A stretch of 64,000 nt of DNA from Eledone cirrhosa (taxonomy: Eukaryota), in NCBI GenBank assembly GCA_964016885.1, contig OZ024742.1, forward strand, positions 84,754,001-84,818,000. The letters are read 5' to 3'. Made by a program: the position numbers and the translations under genes. The notes under the pieces were generated by a model. That model ran no database searches. It was not told where the DNA came from and worked only from the letters and a program-made list of their open reading frames with translations. Every line of letters begins with the position of its first letter. The stretch's first letter is position 1. Of this stretch, positions 38,301-51,805 are shown one piece after another.

Positions 38301-41300
38301 TAATGTATTCCTAGTTATCCACAGTAGTGAAGTCAATAATGGAGTAGAGAAGTATCAAAACTGAAACAAAACTGGATGATTTAATGAGACGGGAAAACCT
38401 ATACACAATACCTAGATGCCTCTATGTTCCATGCGCCGGTCAGTCTTAGATTCATGTGTGATATAATCGACCCCTTCTATTCCTGACACTAGGAAATACT
38501 ATGAGGACGGGATTATTGCAGAAAACAGTCTTCCTAGGAATAACTAGGTTCCAAGGAGGGTTTTGGAAAGTTTCAGGAGAAAGTATGACGAAATGGCGCA
38601 TTGGTCGTGATTCGCTCTTTTGATTTAGTGTCGGTATAACATCAGGAAAGGCAAATTCGTAACAAGTAATATAATAGCATAATTCATAATTTTGGACCTC
38701 CATCTGTAAATACGACGCGTGCTTTAGTTGCCTTATCATCAGAACAAGCTGCACCATCGTGTCATGTACTTAGAAATGCCTTATTATTATAAATACACGT
38801 GCACCTTTAACGTTATTCTCAAGGAAATTCAGTGTGACATGGTCTGTGAGAAAAGTGACACTTTGAGTTATAGGCACACCACATTGTTGCCAATTGAGAG
38901 GCCTGGAGAAACGTGAAAATAAGACATCTTCCTTATATGACATGTTGCCTGGAAACATAGTGATAATGTTTTCTTTATTGTTCACCCGAAAATGATAACG
39001 CATTTGTAAGGAAGACCACAGGCGAGATGTGTTTCAATACAACTCACATATAACTAAACGTTAGTTGTATTTCTGCTCTACGTGTATTTGTATTATTTAC
39101 TCCCGAATGTGTGGATGCCAATTTGAGGGTTTTCGATACAACAATTCTGAGATGTTATTAAATCATCTATGAAGTAAATTATTGAAAGTTTTCGTTTTGA
39201 AATCGAAACACTGGAGACTTGTTCACATTCATGGCAACACATCTTCTAATGCAATTCCATTTTATGTTTTGTTGTATTAAGTGTTCGTCAGTTTCTTAGT
39301 GACGTCATTATTTATAGCTATAAATTAAACGGGAACTCATTTAATAAGATGAGCGTGGTGACTTTATTAATCAAGTCTCTATTCATATAAAGAAGTAAAT
39401 ATTGTTCCACAATATTTAATTCAATCAAAGACAAGAACGACTATTCAAAATGGAGAGATCGACATAAAAATATATAAAAACAATTTCCCTTAGACGGGTT
39501 AACGCTCATGAATCGCAAATTAATTAAATTTAGAAATAGACAATATTGTGAGTACACGCCCCTGTTACTTGTTACGAGGTAATATCCTAGCAACGTTAGA
39601 GTTCATCAATAAGATAACCTTTTGTTGTTGCTTTGGTTTGTATTTTTCTCATTCTCTTCAGAAATTTGATTCTTTACTGTTTTTTATATAAATTTGTTGC
39701 TGCCAAAATCATTTCCCTAATATTATTGCTGTGCTTTATTGTTGATTGGTCATTTGTTTGATTTTCGGCATATTTGTTATTGGAATTTAGCACGTCTATT
39801 TGTTCTTATTAAGGTTATTGTTTAGGTGGGCAAATTGACAAGTAAGCCAAGGGACTATGATAACTCTTACATTCTTAAATAAGATATCGGTTATTTGGCT
39901 TAAATATCTAAAGTACCTAAACTGTATCTAGGAGATATGGGGTTCAATCTATTATAGCCAGCGAGGGCCAACTTTTTTTGTGTCTTTAAAGGGATTCCAA
40001 TCTATTTTATAACCTATTTTAAGTGAGGAATGCTGTCCAGTTATTATTGAAGCTGGTACACAGACATAATTGATGAACACATTTGCATGCCTGGACTTTA
40101 AACCGGCTGTAATGATGCTTTCATTTGCAGGTAGCAATCAAATTAGTTATATCAACTTCTTTCATCAATCAAATACCAGCACCACTTTTATGATGATTGG
40201 TATGACCTGAGTATGGAGAGTTCCTGTTTTAGTTTGTTAAGTTTACCCCTTTTGTCTACCTCCTTTTATCCAAAACCAGTATGGTTAGCTTGAACCTGAC
40301 CATATATTTAACGAATTGGGTCAGTTTTCCGATTTGATTTAAAGTGTGGATATTCCAAGTGGTGATACTTGTGGTTGCTTTGGTAGATACATTTTGGTTA
40401 ATTAGAATGCAGGTGATATTCTGGCTTTGATCTTGTCCCAGTTAATCCATGTAGAACACCTCCCTCCATCGCATGGTAACTTTCTTCTAGACTTAGAAAA
40501 ACCACAGCGGTTTCTGTGGGGGTGTGCCTTTTTACTGAAGCCCATCTTCCCTCTTGTCTGAACCTGACTTGCGACAGTTTGCATTACTTTTAATTTTATG
40601 CAGAAACCATGGTAACCATTTTATGCAGAAATATGATGTGATGATACTGAGTGATGATTCAACCGTGGTTGCTAAATAAGCAGCAAATTCGCGTCCCGGG
40701 ATGCACCATAAATTAGGCTACCCGCTATGATATATATGGACCACTGATTTGCTGCTGGATTGCTATCTGGGGGTGACTCTGACAAAATAAATAGGACAAC
40801 TTCTTTCCTTCGTTAAGAATGTCACTGAAAACTACATTGAATCAGGATGGTTATATAGTGTGTATTCGTAAGAACTGTAATATATATCTAATGTATATAC
40901 ACGGATGAATTCGTACTCATTCGTGTTATGATCACCAACAGCTCCATAGAAGAAATCCGGATGTGAATGATCTGTGGTATCATCCAACAAGGTCGGGGAA
41001 TTGCTGGTGAGTATCAAACTTGTAATGTAGCGTTGGTTAGGTAAAAGCGAAATACGTTACTTAGAACGATGGCCTGGATAATTTAGTTTTATTCCCTTGT
41101 CTATAAACTTGTCTATACTAATTAGGTCAGACGTAGTGATTGACTGGAATAGAAGAAAATATAGTCCATACATATAATGGATAGTTTGTTTGTGTTATAT
41201 TTCTAATTTAATATAATACATGACCAAATAAATGTCTACATTCATTAGGAATATTTGGTTCACAAAATGTTCTTTATTTCCTTAGTTATATATTTATTTA

Positions 41301-41928
41301 TGCGGTTTGACCTATATCTTACAGATTATTGGAAGAAAATGAGGACTAGCCAAACAGTTTGATCCCCAGAGCACTAGTGAACTACAATGTAACCTTCATT
41401 ATGTGAAAACAGTACTTAAATTGAACGTTTGCTCATACATCAGAAACAACAAAAGCAGCAAGCATCCAATATGTGTACAAACGAAATCGTAATGCGAAAG
41501 AATTGCTAAAATGGCTAATCATTCTCTCACACTTTATATCTTCTCTTCACCCACCCATTCACATACATTGGCAAACTACACAACTTAATTGAATCCCCGT
41601 TTTTCTTGTGGCTCGATATGAAACTTTATACGCTTTTGGAAATAAATCATATTGGCATCAGTTTTCAAGGGAATGCTATAAAATAATGATACTGCATGGA
41701 ATATCGATTGACAACAAGGGACAATCAAACTCTGCAACTAGCTCATATATTTGTATGGAATGTAGCTGAGAACATCGGATAACAAAGCATAACTGGCGAA
41801 ATTTCAAAGGAGATGATGAGATAAACATTCTGAACAATGGCGAAATTATTGTATTGGCTATAACGAACATGTTGGTATTGGTCATGATTATGATGTCAAG
41901 GGGTGGGAGGTATAAATATGTTTGGATT

Positions 41929-41929
<1 letters not shown>

Positions 41930-41994
<65 letters not shown>

Positions 41995-42100
41995 CTTCTT
42001 CTTCTTCTTCTTCTTCTTCTTCTTCTTCTTCTTCTTCTTCTTCTTCTTCTTCTTCTTCTTCTTCTTCTTCTTCTTCTTCTTCTTCTTCTTCTTCTTCTTC
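41930..42100. repeat. compound (GTT)n-(CTT)n microsatellite
   Basis: Direct reading of the sequence. Confidence 0.97.
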
Positions 42101-42114
42101 ATTTAGAATGACAG

Positions 42115-42310
42115 AGAGAGTCGATAGAACGTTAGTAAAATAGGTGGCAATATTTTTTCTGGCTCTTTATCTTCTCAGCTCAAATCTCGCCGACGTCGAC
42201 TTTGCTTTCACACAACCGGGTGCATAAAATAAAGCACAGGTCAAGCGCCAGGATTGATTTAGTCAATTTTCTTCATTCCCCAAATGGTGGGTTTTAAACT
42301 AGAAACTATT
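42115..42310 (+). mobile_element. diverged tRNA-derived SINE
   Basis: CTCAAATCTCGCCGACGTCGACTTTGCTTTCA...ATAAAATAAAG resembles the SINE core. Confidence 0.6.
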
Positions 42311-44219
42311 ATTTATTATACGATCAAAATATATGGGATGTCTGTATCGTTACGATGGGGTTTAAACGGCCTTCTTGGATATCATTATAGGGATTTACGT
42401 ACTGAGTAGATTTCCTGCTGTGCTCGAATTTCATCCTCTTTGAGCTATGAAGAAAAAAATTACTACTCAACTTCTGTAGAGAATATAATCGACTACGTTT
42501 GTCTTTCGAATGTATGGATTTATGCGCATGATCATTATTTTCTTAATTAGTATTATTATCGTTATATCTGCAATAATGTAATTAATAATGATGGATATGA
42601 AACAATAGGAAAGACCAAAGATTTATATTGGCGGTTACTACGACGAAATATTACCATAGGTAAGGTCATACCAATCGAATTAAAGATAGTAAGTTTGGTG
42701 TTTACATTTACCTCTCTTTTTCTGATGGCTAAATGCTGACGCCAAGCCATTACTGCACCATATTCTGCAATTATTGAACTTAATTCTGTCTACTGACTTC
42801 CATCACTCGAGAATACGTTTAATACGCTTACTTCGTATAGACACATATTGTAATATCGCTGTACTAAATTTATTACTAACTAGTATGATTTATAAATCTT
42901 CCATTATTGGATTTCTCTCCGGTTATAGCTATATTGATATCACCTTTCGTTCACTAATAGCATGAACTATTACTATACCAGAACATATATTTAGACTCGC
43001 TTAAAATGGTTTGGGACTTAGTGTTGGTGATTATTTTATTTTTGGAACACATGAAGATCTGACAAACAGCATTGTCTCTATTTTCAACTTGTTTAGCTTT
43101 GACGTATGTGGAAGAATCAGCGTCAATTTCTATCTCATAATTCATTTATTTCTGGCTTCCAGTAAAAATATCTGTAGCCTTCTGAATATTCATAATTTAG
43201 TATCTAGGGTGCCTGAAGCAGCGGATTGTCATATGCGTTTGAACACCGGTTAGATGGCCTTGCAGTATTTCTCCGGCTCACAGCTCTCTGAATCCAATGA
43301 AATCAAGATTGCTTTTGCTTTTCATGATTACGGGAGTGATAAAGAAAATATAAATCTCAGAAAGTATCTTAGCGTCAGATATTTTTGTCGTGTGGAATAT
43401 ATACAATTTTGTTGTATTCTAAGTTTAAATTTCACGTAGTAAAACTGGATAACGGTGAAATGTTCCAAACATGAGGCAGAGTGACATGCCCATTGCAGCA
43501 GCATATCGACAGCAACAATTCGCAGGATTGCAAAGCATTCGTATGACAACTAGGATAAATATAAACACCGCACAATCATCTGCTTTCGCATATTTAACAT
43601 ATGTATGAGATATGTAATTTGATAGGCTCTTCGACGTTTCCAAACAGATTTTTCAATATTTTCAATTTCTAATCCATTATGATACATCTGGTGGTTGATA
43701 AGTTCATAGCAAAGATTAGTGGAATCCTTGGTTGGAGATGGCAAATTTTCCGTCACAGTCTTCTATCATCCTTAGTTCTCCGGTGCTTTTTTCCTAACAA
43801 AGTTTGGTATCGGTGTTGGTAAGTGTCGTTCCAAGAATAATCGGTGGTGCTGGGGTTCTTCATTATGTGTTTCAATTGGTATTTAAAGAGTTGCATGGGG
43901 TGAATATGTGATCTCTTGTTTGTGCTGAGTTCGATGTAGAGGATTTGGTGCGGCAGTCTAATATTATTCACGTGGCAGAGTGACTGATGCATCACGCACA
44001 TGCACAGGCTCACATTCAAATACACACATATATATAGATATATATATATGCAATATATATATATAATAAGACTGGTTATATATAAAGCAAAAATTATAAA
44101 ATTATTCATACTGTCGGATTAAAGAAAACATTCTTCAAATATACTTCTCTACCTTTTCACCTTAACTTTCTAAATACAAAATTTGTTTTGTATGGATCTT
44201 TAATCCTTCTTCTATATAA

Positions 44220-44251
<32 letters not shown>

Positions 44252-44511
44252 CTGTTACACACGCAGTGACTAACAACAAAATATTTTAAGTCTGCATGTC
44301 TTCTGACATATATGCGTAGCTTGTGAATACAAAATTCAAGGGGTTTCGCTGGCCGTGGTGATCCCTGCGAAACATCTTTTGGAATGTATCGTCTTATTGG
44401 CTAATTTCATCGTCTTAGTGGCTAATCAACCAATGAGAGTAATTGTTGCTCAAAAGCATCCGCCACTTTGTTTGCACGTTTATTTATCGTTTCGCACGTT
44501 TATTTATCGTT

Positions 44512-45479
44512 ACCAGGCTATAAGAATAAAAAGGCACCTATGAAGAAACAGTAAATAAATACGCCACAGCAGCGTCTTCGCGTCCAACCGCTATAGAATA
44601 TTTACCCAACATTTCAACAGCACGTGAAATTAATTAAATATACGGTCAACCATACATAATTAGGTAAAAATTAAAGTTAGAAATGCTTATATGCATACCA
44701 GGATTAATAGGTGCCTTTTATTCTTTTAGCCTGGTCTAATTGATTTTTTGTGTGGTTAATTATGCTGATTGGGGGTAGAGATGATGTATATATATTATCA
44801 AATAATTCTCTGGACATGCTTTACTCTATAGTATTTTGCTCTGATTATTTAATTTATTAATCCTTCATTGAGCCACATCGTGGATAGTTGCCAAAACACA
44901 TATATACCTCTGACTTTGTTTAATTGGTGTATGTGTAAATATTTATATTTAATAATCTCCCATAAGTTTGAGATACAATTTGGGCGTAAGCAACCAATGA
45001 CACCCTTCCTGACTTGACCACTGCCACGTCACAGTTCTCAACCATTTTGAATTCGTGTTTGGCGGGGGCCACTTCGGAAAACGATCTGTCCTAGCGAGTT
45101 TGTCTCCTGAAGAGCTCCAAACTCGAGATGTATCCTTAATAAGATATCTCAAAATGTGAGCGAAGCCCATGGGTCGGGATTTAGTGATTCAATCTTGGTA
45201 TGTATATAAGCATTTCTAACTTTGATTTTTACCTAATTATGTATGGTTGATCATATATTTAATTAATTTCCACGTGCTCTTGAAATGTTGGGTAAATATT
45301 CTATAGCGGTTGGACGCGAAGACGCTGCTGTGGCGTATTTATTTACTGTTGCTTCATAGGTGCCTTTTATTCTTATAGCCTGGTCTACTTGATTTTTTGT
45401 GTGGTTAATTATGCTGATTGGGTGTAGAGATGATGTATATATATTATCAAATAATTCTCTGGACATGCTTTACTCTATA

Positions 45480-45483
<4 letters not shown>
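44512..45483 (+). mobile_element. ORF-less hammerhead-bearing element with long 5' inversion and terminal redundancy, ending in (TA)n
   Basis: Inverted repeat of about 194 bp at 44512-44705/45191-45384; direct repeat of about 127 bp at 44707-44834/45356-45483; hammerhead at 45102-45180. Confidence 0.72.
45102..45180 (+). ncRNA. type I hammerhead ribozyme motif (GAAA changed to GAAG)
   Basis: GUCUC-CUGAAGA-GCUC...GAGC-GAAG-CCCAUGGG-UC-GGGAU; palindromic stem III, GUC triplet. Confidence 0.7.
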
Positions 45484-45511
<28 letters not shown>

Positions 45512-45513
<2 letters not shown>

Positions 45514-45692
45514 GAACAAGTAAGACCCCGACGGCTGAGCTCAAGCCGTTTCGACGATCCAGAATTAGCCGTCGAAACGGCGTGAGCCCAGCCGTCAGGG
45601 TCTTACTTGTTCCTATTACCCACTCTACTACCCTAAGTATTGAGTACTTTGGTGCGTTATGGTCCACCTGGTTCCTTACCACATTTCCTTCG

Positions 45693-45695
<3 letters not shown>
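45512..45695 (+). mobile_element. short (TA)n-embedded fold-back element carrying a hammerhead 3' half
   Basis: Inverted repeat at about 45512-45557/45569-45614; GAAA-CGGC...GCCG-UC stem III; relatives at 31063 and 49779. Confidence 0.7.
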
Positions 45696-45762
<67 letters not shown>

Positions 45763-46748
45763 TACACATACATACACACATGCATACGTACGTACATACA
45801 TATACATGAGGACGGTTAATGGACCAGAAACTGTACCTATATGATGTTCATCCGTGGTTTTGGTTACAAAGATCAGCGGTGTCATAAACATAGCTTTAAT
45901 GATTCATAGCTGGAACACATTTGACTATATATTCACTGCATGTACGCAATGACATAACATAAACTACAACATTTATTATCAAAGTTTGAGGTAACATACA
46001 TATTGTATGTAATATCAACAATCTTTGGAAGAAATTAATATGATTTAGGGAAAAAAAATGATATTAATAATTAAGTATGTATTTTCCCCCAGCAAGCGCG
46101 CCAGAAAACACCACAAATGTTTCAGGTTTACTCTACTTATTAATGCTCAATGCATTAAATATATTGTTTCCTGATACAGATGTAAGGCCATACATTTAAT
46201 CGGAGACCATCCGTTAGAATGTTCAGTAATTATTCTATCTAGCTCGCATGCTTGGAAGGCATAATTACCCATGACAAAATTTCAATTCAGAACTTAAAGG
46301 GACTTTACTAAATGTCACAAAGCATTTTGTTCGATGGTCGCACGAGTTTGCCGAATTACTAACCGGTGAATTATATTTTTATGTAGATAGTTTACCCAAG
46401 CTATATTATTCATTATATTATATGGTTGATCGGAATGTTTTGTTTATTATAGGCAAATGACAGCGTGCATTATCAAGACGAGGAAATAAGTATGTTGTTT
46501 ATGATTTTTCGTTATACGATTGACTATATTATTATTATTACTATTTCAATGTCTCACACTGAGGGTCATATTATACTTGGCACAAATTCACAATCTTGTA
46601 TATCTATATGAAGATGTATGAGATATTGATGTTATGGATTACATAGACAAAATAGAAGTATCTCATCTAGTATAAAGCCTCCAACGGCGCACCACTATAT
46701 CATACACATACATATGCACACACACATACAAAGACATGTATCTATGTA

Positions 46749-46834
<86 letters not shown>

Positions 46835-46845
46835 TATGCATACGT

Positions 46846-46876
<31 letters not shown>

Positions 46877-46986
46877 CTTATACATATGTACGTATGGGTT
46901 ATATCAAACATTAATAATAATGTTCGATGTATACGTAAGAAGATACTATACATTTTCAACAGCTGAACACACAGGCAAAGATGTAT

Positions 46987-47029
46987 ACAGTCCTGATGAA
47001 GGGTAATGACCAATAAACATGTTGATTGT
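46987..47029 (+). ncRNA. degenerate minimal hammerhead motif (family shared with 55502-55544)
   Basis: ACAGUC-CUGAUGA-A-GGGU-AAUG-ACC-AA-UAAA-CAUG-UU-GAUUGU. Confidence 0.55.
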
Positions 47030-47051
47030 TCCTCAAAGCCAGTGTTATATG

Positions 47052-47100
<49 letters not shown>

Positions 47101-47102
<2 letters not shown>

Positions 47103-47251
47103 GGTGGTGGATTCGCAGTATCGGTAGAGCGTTAGACACCCTGCTTTGACGCATAGAGTTACGACCTTTGCCTTTCATCCTTACGGGCTCGATAAAATAA
47201 AGTACCAGTAATACACTAGATAATTGCTGGCCTTGTGCCAAAAGTAGAAAC

Positions 47252-47256
<5 letters not shown>
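47101..47256 (+). mobile_element. tRNA-derived SINE (internally deleted)
   Basis: GGTGGATTCGCAGTATCGGTAGAG...GCCTTTCATCCTTACGGGCTCGATAAAATAAAGTACCAGT. Confidence 0.85.
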
Positions 47257-47321
<65 letters not shown>

Positions 47322-47554
47322 GTATGTGGTTGATAGCTGAGAGGAAGGAGTACTCAATACCGAAGGAGAGAGATAATATTCATTATATTGAGGTTAAAAA
47401 GTGTGCCAGGTTACTCTGGAATTTTGCCTATTCATTACAGTGTCATCAAACAAGATGATGATTGTGTGATACACTGGCAAACCTCCACAGTAAAAAGACT
47501 CACTATTCAGCCATAACAATATTGATTGATAGATACATACATTTGTGTTATAAA

Positions 47555-47768
47555 ATAATTTCTAGTATAGGCACAAGGCCAATAATACGGGGGGGGGGGG
47601 AGTCGATTAAATCGATCCAGTACGTTACTGGTACTTTATTTTCTCGACGCCGCAAGGATGAAAGGCAAAGTTAAACTCGACGGGATTTGAACTTAGAATG
47701 ACAAGGGCCGTAACTCTATGCTGCAAAGCATGGCGTCCGAGCCGCTACCGATACTGCCAATCCACCGC
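47555..47768 (-). mobile_element. tRNA-derived SINE
   Basis: Reverse complement of the SINE consensus (CCGATACTGCCAATCCACCGC end). Confidence 0.85.
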
Positions 47769-48152
47769 ACTATTTGTGTTATAATATGCTGACTGAATGG
47801 GGCTGCGTATACAACACTCCTTATATGGCACGGTAGAAGAGCAACATTGGATACAAGTCCGTCTCCTGTATTGCATACGAAATATTAGATAAAAGCTTTA
47901 TTAAATAAGTTGCTGTCTGAAAAAATTGTGTTTGAAATTGCCCGAGTGCAGTAATACGTAATTATTACTGCGACAGAAATACCTATTACAGCGGATTACA
48001 GAATAAAATGAATTATAGTTATCTACATCTAGCCTTCCCACTTTTACCATTACTTTATATGTAAAAACCTACATACTTATACACACATACACTCACACAC
48101 ACACACATACACACATACACACATACACACATACACACACACACACACACAC

Positions 48153-48225
<73 letters not shown>

Positions 48226-48747
48226 GTATATATATTTATATATATATAAATATACATATATATACATATATATACATATATATATATAAATACATGCATA
48301 TATATATATATATAATAACTAGAAATTAATTAACATATAAATAAACATGAATAATCACAGGAGATAATTTTTACAAGTGTGTAAGCATACATAGCTAGGT
48401 AGGTAACTAAATGAAGTTAACCAGAACTTCAAAAATAGATACCTTATAATATGATTAATCTTCCCTGTATATATTCCATTAAAGAAATATATTTCACCAA
48501 TTAATCGAATGGTAAATCATGGAGGCCGGTACTTGGACTTTCAACAAGGAAGAAGTCCAGCGATCTATGTTTATACTTCAAGTTCAAATCAGCGACTGGT
48601 CAGTAACACGTGCTGTATCTACTAGAAATACACACATCATAGCAGCTTCGTCACAGTGGCGTGAATAGGGTTATCGACAACTAGAAACAGCAGTCAAATC
48701 CTTTCAACAGAGTTAGCTCTAGAATTAAGGAGCCGTATTTATATATC

Positions 48748-48888
48748 TATATCCAAAATTAAGATAATCAAAATTATGGGTGTCATGCCAGAAAGACATG
48801 CGCCATATCACCCGCAAAATATTTTGCGGGTGATATGGCGCATGTCTTTCTGGCATGACACACATAACTTTGATTATCTTAATTTTGG

Positions 48889-48893
<5 letters not shown>
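48748..48893. repeat. near-perfect 146-bp spacerless palindrome
   Basis: Centre AAAAT|ATTTT at 48820/48821; the same peptide appears in the ORF track on both strands. Confidence 0.95.
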
Positions 48894-48922
<29 letters not shown>

Positions 48923-48925
<3 letters not shown>

Positions 48926-49218
48926 AATCTCATGAATCAAAGTTCTGTTCAAACCATTTATTAGCTTACAATTGTTTTCGTCCAAACCGAGGTTTGGAGT
49001 CTTCGGAACAATTTTTCAATGATTGATTACATACATGACCTCCTTCAAGAGACATACAGATACAGATTCTTGTATCTGTATGTCTCTTGTGTTGGAAAGG
49101 AGGTCATGTATGTAATCAATCATTGAAAAATTGCTCCGAAGACACCAAACCTCGGTTTGAACGAAACAATTGTAAGCTAATAAAAGGTTTGAACAGAACT
49201 TTGATTCATGTGATTTCT
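48923..49218. repeat. imperfect palindrome of about 296 bp with a hammerhead-like motif in each arm
   Basis: Arms 48923-about 49064 and about 49070-49218; right arm GCU-CCGAAGA-C-ACCAAACC..GGUUUG..C-GAAA-CAAUUG-UA-AGC-UAAUAAAA (49133-49185). Confidence 0.9.
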
Positions 49219-49504
49219 ATATAACTGCTCTGTAGAACAACTGATGTTATTACATTGAGCTATTTATCTTACTGGTAATAAGGTAGTAATACATTACTGT
49301 CTTTCTCTGTTTAGGGTTTAAAATATATATAACTATAAAAAGTTTTAGTATATACATAACCATAAATAGTATCCTTAATACTATATATATATATATATAT
49401 GTACATATGTGTATGTGTGTGTGAGGGTGGGTAGGTTTGTGTGTGTGCGCGCGCGTGTGTGTGACTGCGTGTCTGTGTGTCTGTGCATACAAGGATCGTC
49501 TGAA

Positions 49505-49642
49505 AAGATCATAAGCTGACCAAATTACTTTTCGGACTGAAACATGAAGGGAAGAATGACCATGAGAATAGAAATGACGGGCGACAGGAGTATCCAAACC
49601 GAGTCGTATATCCCTCAAATGTTCGGCAAAACGGTCCGCCAC
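49505..49642 (-). pseudogene. Penelope-type GIY-YIG fragment
   Basis: ADRFAEHLRDIRLGLDTPVARHFYSHGHS matches the R..EH...I......VA.HF...H helix of PLE endonucleases. Confidence 0.75.
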
Positions 49643-49778
49643 GTGTGTGTATATATATATATATATATTCCCGCCGCCCGAATACCAGCAATTCGGTTCG
49701 GATTCGGCTTCTGAAACGGCCTGACTCAGCCGTCGGAATCCTGAATTTTTCATATATATATATATATATATATATACA

Positions 49779-49892
49779 TAACAAAGGAATTGTGGTAAGG
49801 AACCACATGGGCCATAACACACCAGAGTACTCAATACTTAGTGTAGTAGAGTGGGAAATAGGAAAAAGTATGACCCCGGCGGCAGAGCTCAA
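49779..49892 (-). mobile_element. short (TA)n-embedded repeat, family of 31063 and 45512
   Basis: Sequence similarity read directly. Confidence 0.75.
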
Positions 49893-50283
49893 TATATATA
49901 TCTTTTGTGTATGTCCCTGTGTTTGTGTGTGTCTGTCCGTCTCTCTATATATACATGAATAAACATATGAATATAGATAGATTCATACACATGTATACAT
50001 ACACACACACATATATCTATGATATGGTTTTCACGTAATACATGATTTTCATGTAATACATGATTTTCCACAAAACAGATACTGAATTATGTCAAATTCG
50101 ATTTTGCATATAGCAGCAGATATTGTATAATTTACCTCTATGCCTACTACACAGTCGTGTAATTTTTACTAAATGCAGCACGAAAGATGGTCTTAAATGT
50201 CTGAAATCAGGAATATAAAATATGATGACTCCAACTTGTATATTTTCAATCATTCCCTCCGATCACATCCCTTTGTGTGAGTG

Positions 50284-50353
<70 letters not shown>

Positions 50354-51627
50354 TTCGTGTGTGTGTGTGCGCATGTGTGTGAGTGTACCTGTGTGTCTGT
50401 GTCCGTGCGTCTGCGTCTGCGTGTATTTATATATATTTATAAACAGTCGTAGCATTTATATTCTCTTATAATTCTACTAACTGTTTTTCATTCAATATTT
50501 TATTCTATTTAAAGGGCTGTTGATACTATAAAAGCTATTATAATTCAGAAAGCGAAGGTATAAAGCTATTCCTATAGATATTATCAACGTTAAAACTATG
50601 ATTTATGGGAAATGACTGTGAGACAATGGCACAAACATAGATAATTCAGGTAGATAATACTGTACGCAACATATTCTAAATGTATTAAAATGTTCGTCTT
50701 GGATACAGAATTACAAAAAAAATAACTCGTGACAATTGTTAGAAAGGGGGGATAATTACAAGAAATGAAATATTTTCTCAGAAATGTGAATGCTCAAGCT
50801 TAAGGGAAAATCTGATATTTCATTGGAAGAAAGAAGGCATCTATGAATGTATATCGATCTTATACGACGTCATCATTGAAAGATAATATAGAGATTTTAG
50901 ATATAAGAAAAAAAGTGTTATAAGGTATCCTGACCAGTATAACTTGCGTTTTCAGAAAGAGTAAGCTAACATAATTAAACTTTAAGTAGGCCAAATGCAT
51001 GGACTTGAAATATGTAGAAGAACTGTGCTATACTGGCTGATATACAGATATAATTTGATATAAATTGAAATGGCTGTACTTTTTTAAACAAATCAAACTA
51101 AAAGATGGTGCCGATTTTCGTGACTCAACGAAATTAAAATGATTTAAATCAATTAAGAACTAATTTCACAGAAAATTGAATTATCATGCTTTAATCTGAT
51201 CAATGTTAGCTGCTAAGTTGGCAGATGTGGGCAACATTCAGTGGGTTAAGTATGAACTTGTTAAGCCTGATTTGATGAGTTGTCAGAATATTTAGAAAAG
51301 TGTTTAAACATTTTTTGGTTAATATAATTTTGACAACTCCAAACGTGAGCTAGGGGGTCTACGCTTAAAAATAAACGTGGAAATTCTATATGTCAATATG
51401 CTCCTTCTTACTCCTTCAAGTAAGATACAAATTCCAATATTTTATAATATCATTCAGTATATCAGCATTTACCTGCATTACGATCATAAGTCCTACGCCA
51501 ATTCGTTTTTCAATTATTTTTGTTACATTTATGTTACTTCATATCGTTGAAGAGGTGTGTAGATGATTTCATTTATATGTCTTGGTATATAAGTTTTGAA
51601 ATCATTCATTCAATCTTGTTCTATAAA

Positions 51628-51805
51628 TAATAGTTTCTGATTTAGGCAGAAGGTCAGCATTTTGAGGAGAGGGAAAGTCGATTAAATCAACCGCCATCGA
51701 ACCCGTAATGATGAATGCAAAGCTAACCTCGGCGGGATTTGAACGCAGAACATAAAGGTACGTAACTCTATGGCACAAAGTGGTAATACTGCTAATCCAC
51801 CACCG
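51628..51805 (-). mobile_element. tRNA-derived SINE, diverged
   Basis: AACCTCGGCGGGATTTGAAC ... GTAACTCTATG ... AATCCACCACC. Confidence 0.75.

Noticed and set aside
50550-51320. Purine-rich stretch resembling a decayed hAT transposase
   Set aside because: Only vague peptide hints (LKGK, DF); no catalytic motif or TIR could be supported.
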